From positions 1 to 64,000 of the forward strand of contig MCFH01000038.1 in assembly GCA_002104945.1 (NCBI GenBank): 64,000 bases of DNA, read 5' to 3'. This DNA is from Piromyces finnis finn. Its lineage: Eukaryota; Fungi; Neocallimastigomycota. Below the pieces are notes generated by a model. That model did no database searches. It worked only from the letters and a program-made list of their open reading frames with translations, and was not told the DNA's origin. Within the stretch, counting starts at the first letter, position 1; every line of letters starts with the position of its first letter. The position numbers were made by a program, and so were the translations under genes. Shown piece after piece: positions 12,345 to 24,300 of the stretch.

Positions 12345-13040
12345 TAATGGTACAGAATTTTATTATAAGTACCTTTTTCTTTATTGTTTGGGACACTACA
12401 ACAGTTATAAATAACAAATTTATATTCTAGATGAATATTTTTTGATTATATATTATTTTATTATTTTGTTTATTATTTTATTATTTTTATTACAAGCTTT
12501 ATTATTTATAAGTATTATTTATTATTATTTTATATTATTATTTGTTTTAAAAATAGGTATAATCTTAGAAAATAAACTAATATTATTATTAATTCCTTCA
12601 CTAAATCTAACAATAATATTATTTATTCTTCTATTATTATCACCTTATCTTTATTTTATTTATAATATAACTAATATAAACTAACTAAAACTAACTAAAA
12701 ACTAAAAACTCTTCTTTTTTTTTTTTATATATATATACGCGTCTTTCTCTTCCTTATATAATTATATTTTTATCATCCTTATATTAAATTATAAAAAGTT
12801 TATTTTACTTTAATAAATTATTTATAAGTTATTAATTTAATTTAATTTACCATTCTTATTATTACTATAGTTATATAAATTTATTAAATAAAAATATTTA
12901 AATCCATATATATTATAAGGGTTATTTCATTTACCAAATATATGGATTTATTGCATTTTTCTGAATGTGGTGTACCAAGACATCCCGTCTTAGTTTGGAC
13001 TTCGTCCCTTGAAGTCCAATTTTAAATATTTTTTTTTTTA

Positions 13041-16000
13041 TTACAATTCAGAAAAATATGGAATTATATTCTTTAAGTGAATATTCCGTTCTGCAATTTC
13101 CCCTGAAATAGGATCACAAACTGTAACTGTATTAAATTCTTTCTTTATGATTTTTAAGGGTCCAGTAAAATAAGGGTCCAGTTTCCTTCTATTGAATACT
13201 TTAACTAATACTAAATCTCCAGGTTTATATGCGGCTCTCATTCGTTTACTCTGTCGTCTCCGGTCACTCCATAATTTATTGGCTGTTTCAATATTATCGA
13301 TGGCTTCTTGTATCCACTTATGATGTCTCACGAACTTCTGTATCCAATATTCCTCTTCGTTCTCATACTTATTCCTGTCTTTCATCAAAGATAGTTCGAA
13401 GGGTTGTAGATCTTTGCGTCCATATAGTAGTTCAAAGCTGCTGAACTTTGTAATTTCGTTTTTACAAGTTCTAAGAGCCCATAATGCACTAGGCAGTATT
13501 TCATCCCATTCATCTTCTTCATTACCTAATAGTTTCAGATATTTGATTATCTCCTTATTCCGGTTTTCCACTTCTCCATTAGATGCAGGGTGGTATGTCG
13601 ATACGTATTGGACGTACACGTCATGTAAATCCAGGAATGCCTTCGTCTTATCAGATCTAAATTGAGGCCCATTGTCTGTTACTAGAACCTCTGGAATACC
13701 ATGGCGAGAAAATACCCTCTTCAAAAAGTCAATGACATCATCGGATTCTATATTCTCCAAAGCCTCAGCCTCCACCCATTTAGTTAAATAGTCCACTAGA
13801 ACAATGATGTATTTATTGCCTTTATTTGTTATTGGCAACGGACCTACCAGATCAAGACCTACTCTTGAAAATGGTAAGCCTGGCTTTGTAGGTATGCTTT
13901 CAACAAAAAGGTTAGATTTCTGTGGCTTGAATTGTTGGCATCTTGGACAACACTTAATATAAATTTTTATATCGTTATTCATGCCCTTCCAATAAAATTC
14001 CTTCTTTAGCCTATGATAGGTCTTGTATATACCTTCATGTCCGATAGAATGAGCGGCTTCAATTAGTCTGAATTTTTCTTCGTCATCATCTATAATTCTT
14101 CTTAGTTTCCCATTACTCTTGTAGTATTGTATTCCATCCATAGTTATAAGTTTCCTATTAATAAAATCATTTATATTTTTATATTGATTATTATTCTCAC
14201 TTATTTTATTATTAGTAGTAGTATTACTATTGTTCTCCACGATCACGTTGATTGTTTGTTTGTTATGACTTGGTCTTGGTGCTAACTGACTTTCTTCCTT
14301 ACTGGTCAATCTTGATAGAGCGTCAGCTATTACATTCTTCTTTCCTTCTTCGTACAACACTTTGATTTTTAATATACTAAACGTAGTGACCCATTTAAGA
14401 TGTCGATTATTGGTTGGTTCGCTATTATTAATCAATCCAACTAGCGGTTTATGGTCGGTGATTAATTCAGTTTCCAACGTATTTCCTACTATATAATGCT
14501 TGAATTTCCTAGAACAATAATATGCAGCTGTCCCTTCTAAATCTGTTACACTATAGTTTTCTTCTGATTTATTCAGTGTCCTACTTACAAAGTGTAGTGG
14601 TTTCTCCATTCCATCTTCATCTATTTGTAAAATCACTCCACCTATCCCATTACGTGATGCATCTGTTCTAATCTTGAATGGTTTATCAAAATCCGGTGGC
14701 ATTAATATCGGAGCTTCTATTAGTCTTAATTTTAAGATTTCAAATGAATTATTCGCCTCTGGACTCCATTTGAACTCTTCGTCTTTCTTTAATAACTTAA
14801 ATAATGGTTTAGCATATTGTGCAAATTTATCAATAAATTTTCGGTAGTAACTTACAGCCCCTAAAAACGAACGCAATTGAGAAACATTTTTCGGTGGTAG
14901 CCAGTTCATGATTACCTGCGTTTTCCCCGGAATTGGTTTAATTCCTTCTTTAGATAATACATGGCCTAGCAATTCTACTTCTTCTTGAAAGAAGTGACAC
15001 TTCTCAATGTTGATTCTTAAACCATTTTCCCTGAGTATTTTAAAAACCTTTGATAAATCTCTAATATGTTCTTCCATTGTATTGGAAAAGACTATCAAAT
15101 CATCAATATAAATAAAGACACACTTCCCAATAAGGTCGAAGAAAATCCTGTTCATTTCTCTCTGGAAGGTAGCTGGGGCATTACATAACCCGAAAGGCAT
15201 TACCTTGAAATTATAGTTTCCATATATAGTGGTAAAACATGTAAGATCTTCATCCTCAGGATACATCGGAACTTGGTGGTAACCCGAAAACAAATCCATA
15301 GTAGTCAAAACAGCTTTCTTACCTACGTAGCACAGTATGTCATCAATTAGTGGTAGAGCGTAGGAATCCTTTATTGTACATTCATTTAAGCGTCGATAAT
15401 CCACACACATTCGGTATTTTCCATTTTTCTTAGGCACTAAGACTACAGGCGACGACCACGATGAATGGGATGGTTCAATTAATTTATTCTTAATCAGCTT
15501 GGTTAACTCCTCTTTCAATGCATCTGCTTGCACTTTTGATAGCCTATATGCTCGTTGTTTAAAAGGAAACGAGTTTGGCTTCAACCTGATACGATGAGGT
15601 AGTAATTTTGTTCTACTCAGATCGTCAGTTTTAACAGCGATAACATGATTAAATTTATCAAATAGCTTTCTTACTACATCTCTAATATCTTTCGGAATTT
15701 TATTCACAATATTATTAATAATATTTTCTTTTGTTTCTAACGTTCCTTCTTTTCCTTCATTCTGGGTAGACATCGCTACTGTTATTAACATTGGTGTTTC
15801 TTCTATAGTTTCCTCCTCTGAATCCTCCCCTTTAGATTCCTGGAGATTTACATCATAATGGAGGTCTGCAATTTTCATGGGAGAATTGTTTTTATCAATG
15901 TAATATAAATTATCATCCACAAAATTTAAACTAAACCTATTCCTTTTAAGGGAATCGATTCCAATTAATATATCAAAGATATCATCTTTTTCGATAACCC

Positions 16001-17123
16001 TAAATATCTCTGTGAAAGTCTTCTCGCCAATTGTGATTTTTAGTTTATATATATCCGTATTCGATGAAGTATTGGAATATGCCTGAAATATTGTCTCTGT
16101 AATATTTCCTACTGGCTGCTTGTGAATCCTAAATTTGCGGAGTGCTGACTTTGTTATCATATTAACGCTGGCACATGAATCTAAGAATATTTCAGCCTCC
16201 ACATCTTCTACCTTCCCGCGGACTTTGACAACTTTATGTTCTCCAAGCAAGGTGACAGCATTTGTTACTGCATTTTTGAATTTTGGTGTTAATTTCAACT
16301 TCTGGGCAAATGCTGTGCGGAATTTTGGGAACAGGTCTAATAAATTCACAAGTTTTGTTACCACTTCTGTTGAAGCTACTTCTTTAACTAAATCATCTAC
16401 CTTGAACTCTTCAAAACCATCCATTAGACGTATGTGTTTTTCAATATTTAAAATTTGTTCTTGCGGTGAGTTAGGGTTTATTTTATCTATTTCCTTCCTT
16501 TCTTGTTTCTTCATTTCAGCATTTCTTTCTTCCCGATTTTTCTTCTTTACATTCTCTATTCTTTTATCATTTAGATAGGATACATCCAAGTGTTCTAACT
16601 TCTCTACTTTGTTTAATTTTCTATTTTCCTTAGGAGTTGTTGCTTTGCTCTTATCATTCTTGCCCAATTCTTCATTTATATCATCCAACTCCTCTTCCAT
16701 TTCTTCTTTTCCTATGGTTTCTATTAACTTATTTTCATCTTTGGTTGATTTTCCATCAGAATCTATTGTTATAATTTCAGAAGTGTCCAAGTTCATCTCC
16801 TTATCATTATTATTTATATAATTCCTTCTCTTATCTAATTGCTCATTATACTTCATAGCAGCAGTTTTAATAGGCATAGGATTTCGCTGTAGTTTATTCT
16901 CATGCATTCTCTTTATTTGGCTGGTTGTTTCCTTGTGCGCATTTTTAGCTTTGCTATTTGTGTCTTTTGATTTCTTCGTTGCAACCAAGGTTATAGACGA
17001 AGGCTCTCGGTAATTATTATTTGAGGTATTAGTATTAATTATGGTTTTATCTACCGTTGGTTGTACCACCGATAGATTGGTTTGTTTACTGGGAGTTGTC
17101 CTTCTCCCAGAGTTTAGTTTAAA
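13041..17123 (-). CDS. pol: Pol of D (PR, RT, RNase H, IN), -1 frame from gag
   Basis: FLDSCAS protease, YIDDLIVF RT, RTDAS RNase H, HEG/CPRC zinc motif, TDNGPQF IN. The frame is open back to the slippery site at 17117-17123. Confidence 0.95.
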   Translation of the reverse strand, partial: FKLNSGRRTTPSKQTNLSVVQPTVDKTIINTNTSNNNYREPSSITLVATKKSKDTNSKAKNAHKETTSQIKRMHENKLQRNPMPIKTAAMKYNEQLDKRRNYINNNDKEMNLDTSEIITIDSDGKSTKDENKLIETIGKEEMEEELDDINEELGKNDKSKATTPKENRKLNKVEKLEHLDVSYLNDKRIENVKKKNREERNAEMKKQERKEIDKINPNSPQEQILNIEKHIRLMDGFEEFKVDDLVKEVASTEVVTKLVNLLDLFPKFRTAFAQKLKLTPKFKNAVTNAVTLLGEHKVVKVRGKVEDVEAEIFLDSCASVNMITKSALRKFRIHKQPVGNITETIFQAYSNTSSNTDIYKLKITIGEKTFTEIFRVIEKDDIFDILIGIDSLKRNRFSLNFVDDNLYYIDKNNSPMKIADLHYDVNLQESKGEDSEEETIEETPMLITVAMSTQNEGKEGTLETKENIINNIVNKIPKDIRDVVRKLFDKFNHVIAVKTDDLSRTKLLPHRIRLKPNSFPFKQRAYRLSKVQADALKEELTKLIKNKLIEPSHSSWSSPVVLVPKKNGKYRMCVDYRRLNECTIKDSYALPLIDDILCYVGKKAVLTTMDLFSGYHQVPMYPEDEDLTCFTTIYGNYNFKVMPFGLCNAPATFQREMNRIFFDLIGKCVFIYIDDLIVFSNTMEEHIRDLSKVFKILRENGLRINIEKCHFFQEEVELLGHVLSKEGIKPIPGKTQVIMNWLPPKNVSQLRSFLGAVSYYRKFIDKFAQYAKPLFKLLKKDEEFKWSPEANNSFEILKLRLIEAPILMPPDFDKPFKIRTDASRNGIGGVILQIDEDGMEKPLHFVSRTLNKSEENYSVTDLEGTAAYYCSRKFKHYIVGNTLETELITDHKPLVGLINNSEPTNNRHLKWVTTFSILKIKVLYEEGKKNVIADALSRLTSKEESQLAPRPSHNKQTINVIVENNSNTTTNNKISENNNQYKNINDFINRKLITMDGIQYYKSNGKLRRIIDDDEEKFRLIEAAHSIGHEGIYKTYHRLKKEFYWKGMNNDIKIYIKCCPRCQQFKPQKSNLFVESIPTKPGLPFSRVGLDLVGPLPITNKGNKYIIVLVDYLTKWVEAEALENIESDDVIDFLKRVFSRHGIPEVLVTDNGPQFRSDKTKAFLDLHDVYVQYVSTYHPASNGEVENRNKEIIKYLKLLGNEEDEWDEILPSALWALRTCKNEITKFSSFELLYGRKDLQPFELSLMKDRNKYENEEEYWIQKFVRHHKWIQEAIDNIETANKLWSDRRRQSKRMRAAYKPGDLVLVKVFNRRKLDPYFTGPLKIIKKEFNTVTVCDPISGEIAERNIHLKNIIPYFSEL
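17089..17123 (-). other. -1 ribosomal frameshift signal of D
   Basis: U UUA AAC heptamer, 6-nt spacer, CTGGGAG/CTCCCAG 7-bp stem. Confidence 0.85.
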
Positions 17124-18148
17124 AGCCCCTTTTCTTCCATTTCGGCAAGTTGTTTAAAAGTATATGGACATTCTATACGTTTGTGTCCATTTTGTCCACA
17201 TCTGAAACATTTTATATCGGAATTTCTTTCATCAATCTCCCTTGGAATAGCATTGGTTGGTTCTATCAGGGATACCCTTTTTTCCGCATTTCTTGTTGTA
17301 GAATAAGATTTATTCATGCCTTGATAAGGGATTAAACCCATTCTACTATTATTATCATTCTGTTGATTTACATAACCATTGGTGTTGCTCCAATTAGACT
17401 GTCCTCCATAAACTCTGCGGTAGCTAGTCCTAGTTCTATTGAAATATGGATATCTAAAGTTCTGGTTAATATTCTTCCTGTCGTAATATGAATTATGCGA
17501 ATCCTCTTTATTATCATTCATAAGTCCAGTATAAATCGGATGATTTAATAGAACATTATCACTTTGGGCAGCTAAAGTAACATTCCTTGTTCCTCTCCTT
17601 TGGTTAACTTGTTCCTTGTTTTTCTCTTTAATTTCTCTCTCAGTATTTTCAGCTCGTTCAGCAATTTTGTAAGCTTCTTGTAGGTTCTCACAATCAGACA
17701 TTCCTACCTGGGAGCACGGATAGACACGAGCACTAATAGAGTCTCTATATTCCTTCACTGTTATTAATTTCTGATATTCCCTACTTAGATTATGATACAA
17801 GTTTCGATATCTATAATTAAACTTTTTTATAGTTTCTCCTTCCGCAATATTCATGTTTCTAAGTAGGGTCCATTTATCTCCCTCAGTAATCTTCATATCT
17901 TCTTCGATGGCTATTTGTATTTCTTTAAGTGATGGGTAATGGACTTCATTATTTCTTCTTATTTTTAACCTTCTTACAACTTCTTTGGTATCAGACTCTA
18001 CTGCGGCCATAGCCCAATTATACACTTGTCTAGGCTCAATTAAATCATAGAGATCCAAAAATTCGTTCATATCCACTACCCATTCCCATACATTCTTCCC
18101 ATAGTTATCAAGTTTGGGAACCTCTTTACGTATAGTAGTTAAATCCAT
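17114..18148 (-). CDS. gag: Gag of D with CCHC knuckle
   Basis: 344 aa, CFRCGQNGHKRIEC, lies between the PBS and pol. Confidence 0.92.
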   Translation of the reverse strand: MDLTTIRKEVPKLDNYGKNVWEWVVDMNEFLDLYDLIEPRQVYNWAMAAVESDTKEVVRRLKIRRNNEVHYPSLKEIQIAIEEDMKITEGDKWTLLRNMNIAEGETIKKFNYRYRNLYHNLSREYQKLITVKEYRDSISARVYPCSQVGMSDCENLQEAYKIAERAENTEREIKEKNKEQVNQRRGTRNVTLAAQSDNVLLNHPIYTGLMNDNKEDSHNSYYDRKNINQNFRYPYFNRTRTSYRRVYGGQSNWSNTNGYVNQQNDNNSRMGLIPYQGMNKSYSTTRNAEKRVSLIEPTNAIPREIDERNSDIKCFRCGQNGHKRIECPYTFKQLAEMEEKGLLN

Positions 18149-18536
18149 TTCTCAAAGATGAACTAATATTACTCTTATTATTGTTTGTCTGTTTATTATA
18201 TCGCGTGATTTCTAATTGTATATATTTTTATATTTTATTATTATTAACACGCGTATTAATTATAAATTTATGTTATTTTTTATATATAAATATAAACTAT
18301 TTTATTTTAATAAATTTAATTCTTAGAACTACTTATATTATCGACTTTGGTGTAGAAGGCCTTTAGCTAAGAAGTTTTTCATTCAACAGCCGCGATCTAC
18401 CCAAAGCGGTTGGTGGAAATATGTGTATTCTTCAAATTAAATAATTAAAATAATATAATTTAATAGTTATATATAATTTATTATTATTATTATTATATAT
18501 ATTAATTTATTATTATTATTATTATTATTATAAATA

Positions 18537-18570
<34 letters not shown>

Positions 18571-18628
18571 TTTTTTTTGTATAATCTCTATCTATTACTC
18601 ATCTATTTTCATAAATTTGCTTGTTGTA

Positions 18629-18646
18629 CGCCCGGATTCTCCACCA
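18629..18646 (-). other. Primer-binding site complementary to the 3' 18 nt of a tRNA-Ala
   Basis: Plus strand reads CGCCCGGATTCTCCACCA. This maps to tRNA positions 59-76 with U70 (Ala G3:U70 identity) and A73. Confidence 0.85.
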
Positions 18647-21399
18647 AAAACTTGGTACAGAATTTTATTATAAGTACCTTTTTCTTTATTGTTTGGGACA
18701 CTACAACAGTTATAAATAACAAATTTATATTCTAGATGAATATTTTTTGATTATATATTATTTTATTATTTTGTTTATTATTTTATTATTTTTATTACAA
18801 GCTTTATTATTTATAAGTATTATTTATCATTATTTTATATTATTATTTGTTTTAAAAATAGGTATAATCTTAGAAAATAAACTAATATTATTATTAATTC
18901 CTTCACTAAATCTAACAATAATATTATTTATTCTTCTATTATTATCACCTTATCTTTATTTTATTTATAATATAACTAATATAAACTAACTAAAACTAAC
19001 TAAAAACTAAAAACTCTTCTTTTTTTTTTTATATATATATACGCGTCTTTCTCTTCCTTATATAATTATATTTTTATCATCCTTATATTAAATTATAAAA
19101 AGTTTATTTTACTTTAATAAATTATTTATAAGTTATTAATTTAATTTAATTTACCATTCTTATTATTACTATAGTTATATAAATTTATTAAATAAAAATA
19201 TTTAAATCCATATATATTATAAGGGTTATTTCATTTACCAAATATATGGATTTATTGCATTTTTCTGAATGTGGTGTACCAATAAAATTTGTAAGAAATA
19301 TTTGTGGCCATAAGTTTGACCACAAATATTTCAATTGAAACCATATATTCTGGTCACCATTTATTGGCCAAATATATGCATAACCATATATTAATGGTTA
19401 TTAATTAAATAGGAAGTTTATTTGCTTTACCCAATCAAGTGGTAAAGAAAATAAACTCATATAGTTAAATAGTATAGTTAAAACTAACGTTAAATACTTT
19501 AGCGTTAGTATTAAAGTAAATTAATAACTATAATAATAATTAATGTAGATAATTATAATTAATAAATAAAAGATATAATTAAAATATAATTATTTAAGTA
19601 AAAGTTATTTCATAAAATATTTATATAAGTGTTTATATTTATTTTAGTGTTATAATATTTATTTTCCTTCTTTTATTATTTTTTATAAAACTTTATTTAG
19701 TTATTAACTCGTATAGAGAGGTAATAACTAACTTAATTAACTAATTTAATAACCTATTAACTAATATTATAATAAACCTTTTACAATACTAACGCTTTAT
19801 AGTTAGTTCTTACGTTAGCTTAGTTTTAATTAGGTTAGTGTTATTAAAAATTCTTAAAAAACATATTTTATTTTATTTAAATTATTGTTTAATAATAATT
19901 ATTTACAATATTTTATATAATATCCAAATATTATATTTAAAAGAAGTAAATTTATTATTAAAAATAATTATTTTTTAATAGTTTAGCATTAAAAATTCAT
20001 TATTTTTAAATTTTAAAATTCATTATAACCATATTTTATATAATAAATTCTTTAATTTATTAAAAGAATTTATTTTCGAATTAGAAATGAAAAACGCAGG
20101 TAAGTCGCCTAACCCTCGGGGTGTCCATAAATTGGACACAAAAACATCATTCGTAAGGGACGGGACCCGTCCTGACGCGGCGAGCGCGGATGGCATGGAT
20201 GGTGTAGAGGGAATGTCACGGGTTCGAACCCCGGTGCTTCTCGAAAGCACTGAGGTCGAATCTAATCAGAATTTACAGGTTCAACAGGGGGATTCTATGC
20301 CCGCCCCTGTTGATCCTTCTTTCTTTTTTACTAATAATAGTGAGGTAAACCCAATGCAACACATTGAGGTTCTTCTTAATAGATGGGTTTCAGAAATATC
20401 TAGCCAGTTTGCTAGTATGGGAAACCGTCTGGGTGCTATGGAAGAACAACTTCGTGGTATTGAGGTTTACAAGAGCGAGATAAACGATGCTCTTCAGCAA
20501 AAATTTGTTGAAGTGGATCAAAGGTTGGAAGCTAATGAGTCGGCTAGCCAAGTTAGCTTGGAAGAGCTGCATGCTTTGGAAAATGCCTTTACTGCAGAAC
20601 ATGAGGAAAGGTTACAAGACCACCAGCAAGTGCTAAACAACTGTAAAAGTTTTATAAATGTAAAACAGATTATAAAATTTTTTACAATAAAACAACAACA
20701 CAAAATAAAGAAAAAACAAGAAAATAAATTATATTTAAAAAAATATCTCTTTTATTAATTTTATTTAGTTATTAACTAAATAATAGTCAATAACAATTAC
20801 ATCGTTTTAATCAAGAAATTTTACATGCATTTATATTTTTCGTAAATTATATTTTAATATACTATTCTATTTAATTATACATATATTCAATATAAAATAA
20901 ACAAAACTAATTTAATACTAATTTAATTAAATAATAAAATAATAAAACTAAACTAAAACTAATTAAATACACTTTTGATTCAATTTGAGTAAACTGCAAA
21001 TTGAATACAGTCCATGTATTACCTATATATTAATTAAATATTAATAATACTATTTATTATATATTTATAATTAAAAATGCTAATTTAAAACTACGCTAAA
21101 GTTATTAAACTAATTTTAATTAAATAAAAACTTTTTAAGATTTAATTTGAATATTTAAAATATTTAAATTTAATTATCCATTAATTTAAATATTTATCCA
21201 AATTTCATTTCTAACTTTGATATTTTAAAATTAATATTTATTTAATTATTCCATAAAATTTATACAATAAATTTTATAAACAATTTTTTCATTAAAATAT
21301 CAAAATTATTATTCAATAATTATTAATTAATTATTAAATAATTTAAAGATATACTTTATATCTTTACAATCTCGCCCTTTAAGTCGAGCTCCTGCGAGA

Positions 21400-24300
21400 T
21401 TATTTCTTTGAAGGAATATCAATTACAAATGGTTGATATCTATGTTTGATCATACCATTGTTATTCCTTGTATAGACTTGATCTTGACTTTCTTTTCTAG
21501 ACTTTTTATTTTTTCTATAAAATTCTTGGATCAATTGTACATCTGTAATTTGATCTTCCGGGATCCAAGTATTTTCGTCAAGATTTTTCCATGTCATCAA
21601 GAAAGATTTCTTTCCATGATAATTTCTTTCTTGAATAATCTTATCAGGAATCCTATCAATAGTATCAGTAGTTAACTTAACATTTTTTCTTTTATTCATT
21701 ACTGATCTATTTACAAATTCATTTTCGTTATAAGGTTCCAATAACGAAACATGAAAAACAGGGTGGCAACGTAAATTGTTTGGTAGTTTTAATTCAAATG
21801 CTAAAGGGCTTACCTTCTTGATTATTTCAAAAGGTCCAAGCATTTGATCAGCAAGTTTTCTTTTGATATTTTTATTTGAAGGATTAATACCTTTTAATAA
21901 CCAAACTTTTTTACCAACTTCGAAATCTGGGGATTCCATTCTCTTTTGATCAGCATACTTTTTGTAGGTTTCTTTTGCTTGATCAAGATTTACTTTTAAA
22001 AATTTAATGTTTTCATTAATATCCAAAATTCTTTGTTCAGCTCTATTTGGTCTATTCGCTGAAGGGATTTCAGGGTTAAATTTTGGATTGAACCCATAAT
22101 TAGCGAAAAACGGAGATTGGTTGATTGATTGCTGTAAAGTATTGTTATAAGCAAATTCAGCAAAAGGTAACAAGTCAACCCAATTATTCTGTTTTTCGTT
22201 AATAAAACAACGGAGATATTGTTCCAATATCCCGTTTACCCTCTCCGTTTGACCATCAGTTTCAGGATGGTTTGCAGTAGAAAAAGCAAGTTTAATATTT
22301 AACAAATTACATAAACGATTCCAAAAGTCTGAGGTAAATTGAGTACCTCGATCAGAAATGATGGAATCAGGAAAACCATGTAATTTAAAGATATTGTTAA
22401 CAAAAACATCAGCTGCTATAGAAGCAGTAGGCAAACATCTTAAAGGAATAAAATGAGCCATTTTTGTTAACCTATCAACTATAACCATAATGGTAGTCAT
22501 GTCTTTGGATTTAGGAAGCTCGACAATAAAATCCATTGACAATTCCGACCAAGCTCTATTAGGTGTGGAAAGAGGAGAAAGCAAACCATATGGTTTATGT
22601 CTTGGAACTTTAGCTTTACAACAAGTTTCGCAAGACTTTATAAACTTTTTAACATCATAACTAAACTTTGGCCACCAAAAATTTCTACTAATTAATTCAA
22701 TAGTTTTATTAACACCAAAGTGACCAGCAGAAATAGAATCATGATGTAATTCTAAGACCCTAGTTCTTAGTGAAGAAGGAACATAAATTAAATTATCATA
22801 AAGTAAAAATCCTTCTTTATCAATTTTAACTTTATTAATATTCCTAATCGGAGGGGACGAAGAATTTTTATCATTAAGAAATACACAAACTTTATTATAT
22901 AAATCATCATTTTTTAAGGAACATAGAATAGAATTAATTAAAGAATCATCTTTATTAAAAGAATTAATTACATTACATGAAATAAAATTACAACTAAAAT
23001 TACTACATTCAATATTTTCATTAATCCTATCATTATTATAAATATTACAGATATGATCACTACGTCTGGATAACAAATCAGGTTTACCAGACTTTTTTCC
23101 AGCTCTATAAATTAACTTAAAATCAAATCTTGATAAAAATTCATACCATCTTATCTGTCGTTGTGAGAGCATCTCAGGCTTTCTTGGAAAGGTTAAATTC
23201 TTATGATCAGTATAAATGATGAACTGATGCTTTGCACCTTCCAGATAATGCCTCCATTCTTCAAGAGCCACTTTGATAGCGAGCAACTCTTTATCATAAA
23301 TTTGATAGTTCCTTTGAGACTTGGTTAAGCTAGATGAAATAAAAGCAATAGGGTGCAATTGCCCTTCAAATTCTTGTGAAAGAATTGCACCGACAGCAAA
23401 GTTACTAGCGTCAGTCTCAACAATAAAAGGTTTGTTGCTATCAGGGTTCATTAAGATAGGAGCTGAAGTAAAAGCCTTTTTAAGTGTAACAAATGCATTT
23501 TGACACTCAGAAACCCAATTAAAAGGAACATTTTTCCTAGTAAGTTTGTGTAGAGGACTAGCAATTTTCGCAAAGTCTTTAATAAAAATTCTATAATAAT
23601 TACATAATCCAATAAAGGATTGAACTTCTTTAACGTTTGTAGGAACAGGCCAGTCGAGGATAGCTTTAACTTTATCTCTATCCATTTTCAGACCATCTTT
23701 GGATAATACATAACCAAGGAAAGTGGTTTCTGAAACATCAAACTCACACTTCTCTAACTTAACATATAAATTATTTTCTAATAATTTTTTCAATACTTTT
23801 TTAACATGTTCATGATGTTCTTCTAGGCTATTTGAATATATTAGAATATCATCAATATATGATATAGCAAAATCATCTAAATAATCACTAAGGACATCAT
23901 TTATGAAATGTTGAAACGTAGCTGGTGCATTCTTTAAACCAAAAGGCATGACAAGATATTCAAAATGCCCATATCTTGTTCTAAAGGCAGTTTTGTATTC
24001 ATCACCCTCTTTGATTCTAACTAAATTATAAGCAGACTTTAAGTCCAACTTAGTAAAGTATTTTGCACCTTTCACTCTATCCAATAAGTCACCAATTAAC
24101 GGAAGAGGATATGAATTTCTAATTGTCATGTCATTAAGTTTCCTATAATCAACGCAAAGTCTTAATGACCCATCTTTCTTTTTGACAAATAAAACTGGTG
24201 CTCCGGCAGGAGATGAAGATTTCCTAATGAAACCTTTTTCTAAATTTTCATTGATATAATTTTTTAATTCATCTCTCTCTGCCTCAGTTAAAGGATAAAG

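Larger units (their letters stand above)
12348..19281 (-). mobile_element. Full-length Ty3/Gypsy element D (tRNA-Ala primed, -1 frameshift, no chromodomain)
   Basis: LTRs 12348-12977 and 18653-19281 with TGGTACA/TGTACCA termini. 4-bp TSD ATAA (12344-12347 / 19282-19285). PBS 18629-18646. Confidence 0.96.

Noticed and set aside
12442-12684. 80-aa hydrophobic ORF duplicated at 18747-18989
   Set aside because: It lies within D's LTRs. The Ile/Leu/Phe/Tyr composition is what AT-rich DNA gives by default.
16135-16578. Antisense or overlapping short ORFs within pol/gag (also 29556-29897, 54091-54396, 58300-58629 and others)
   Set aside because: They are shadow frames of long coding sequences with no motifs or independent signals.
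20087-20758. Independent 223-aa and 253-aa (27549-28310) proteins
   Set aside because: They are the two halves of F+ gag separated by H2, each reading into neighbouring sequence.
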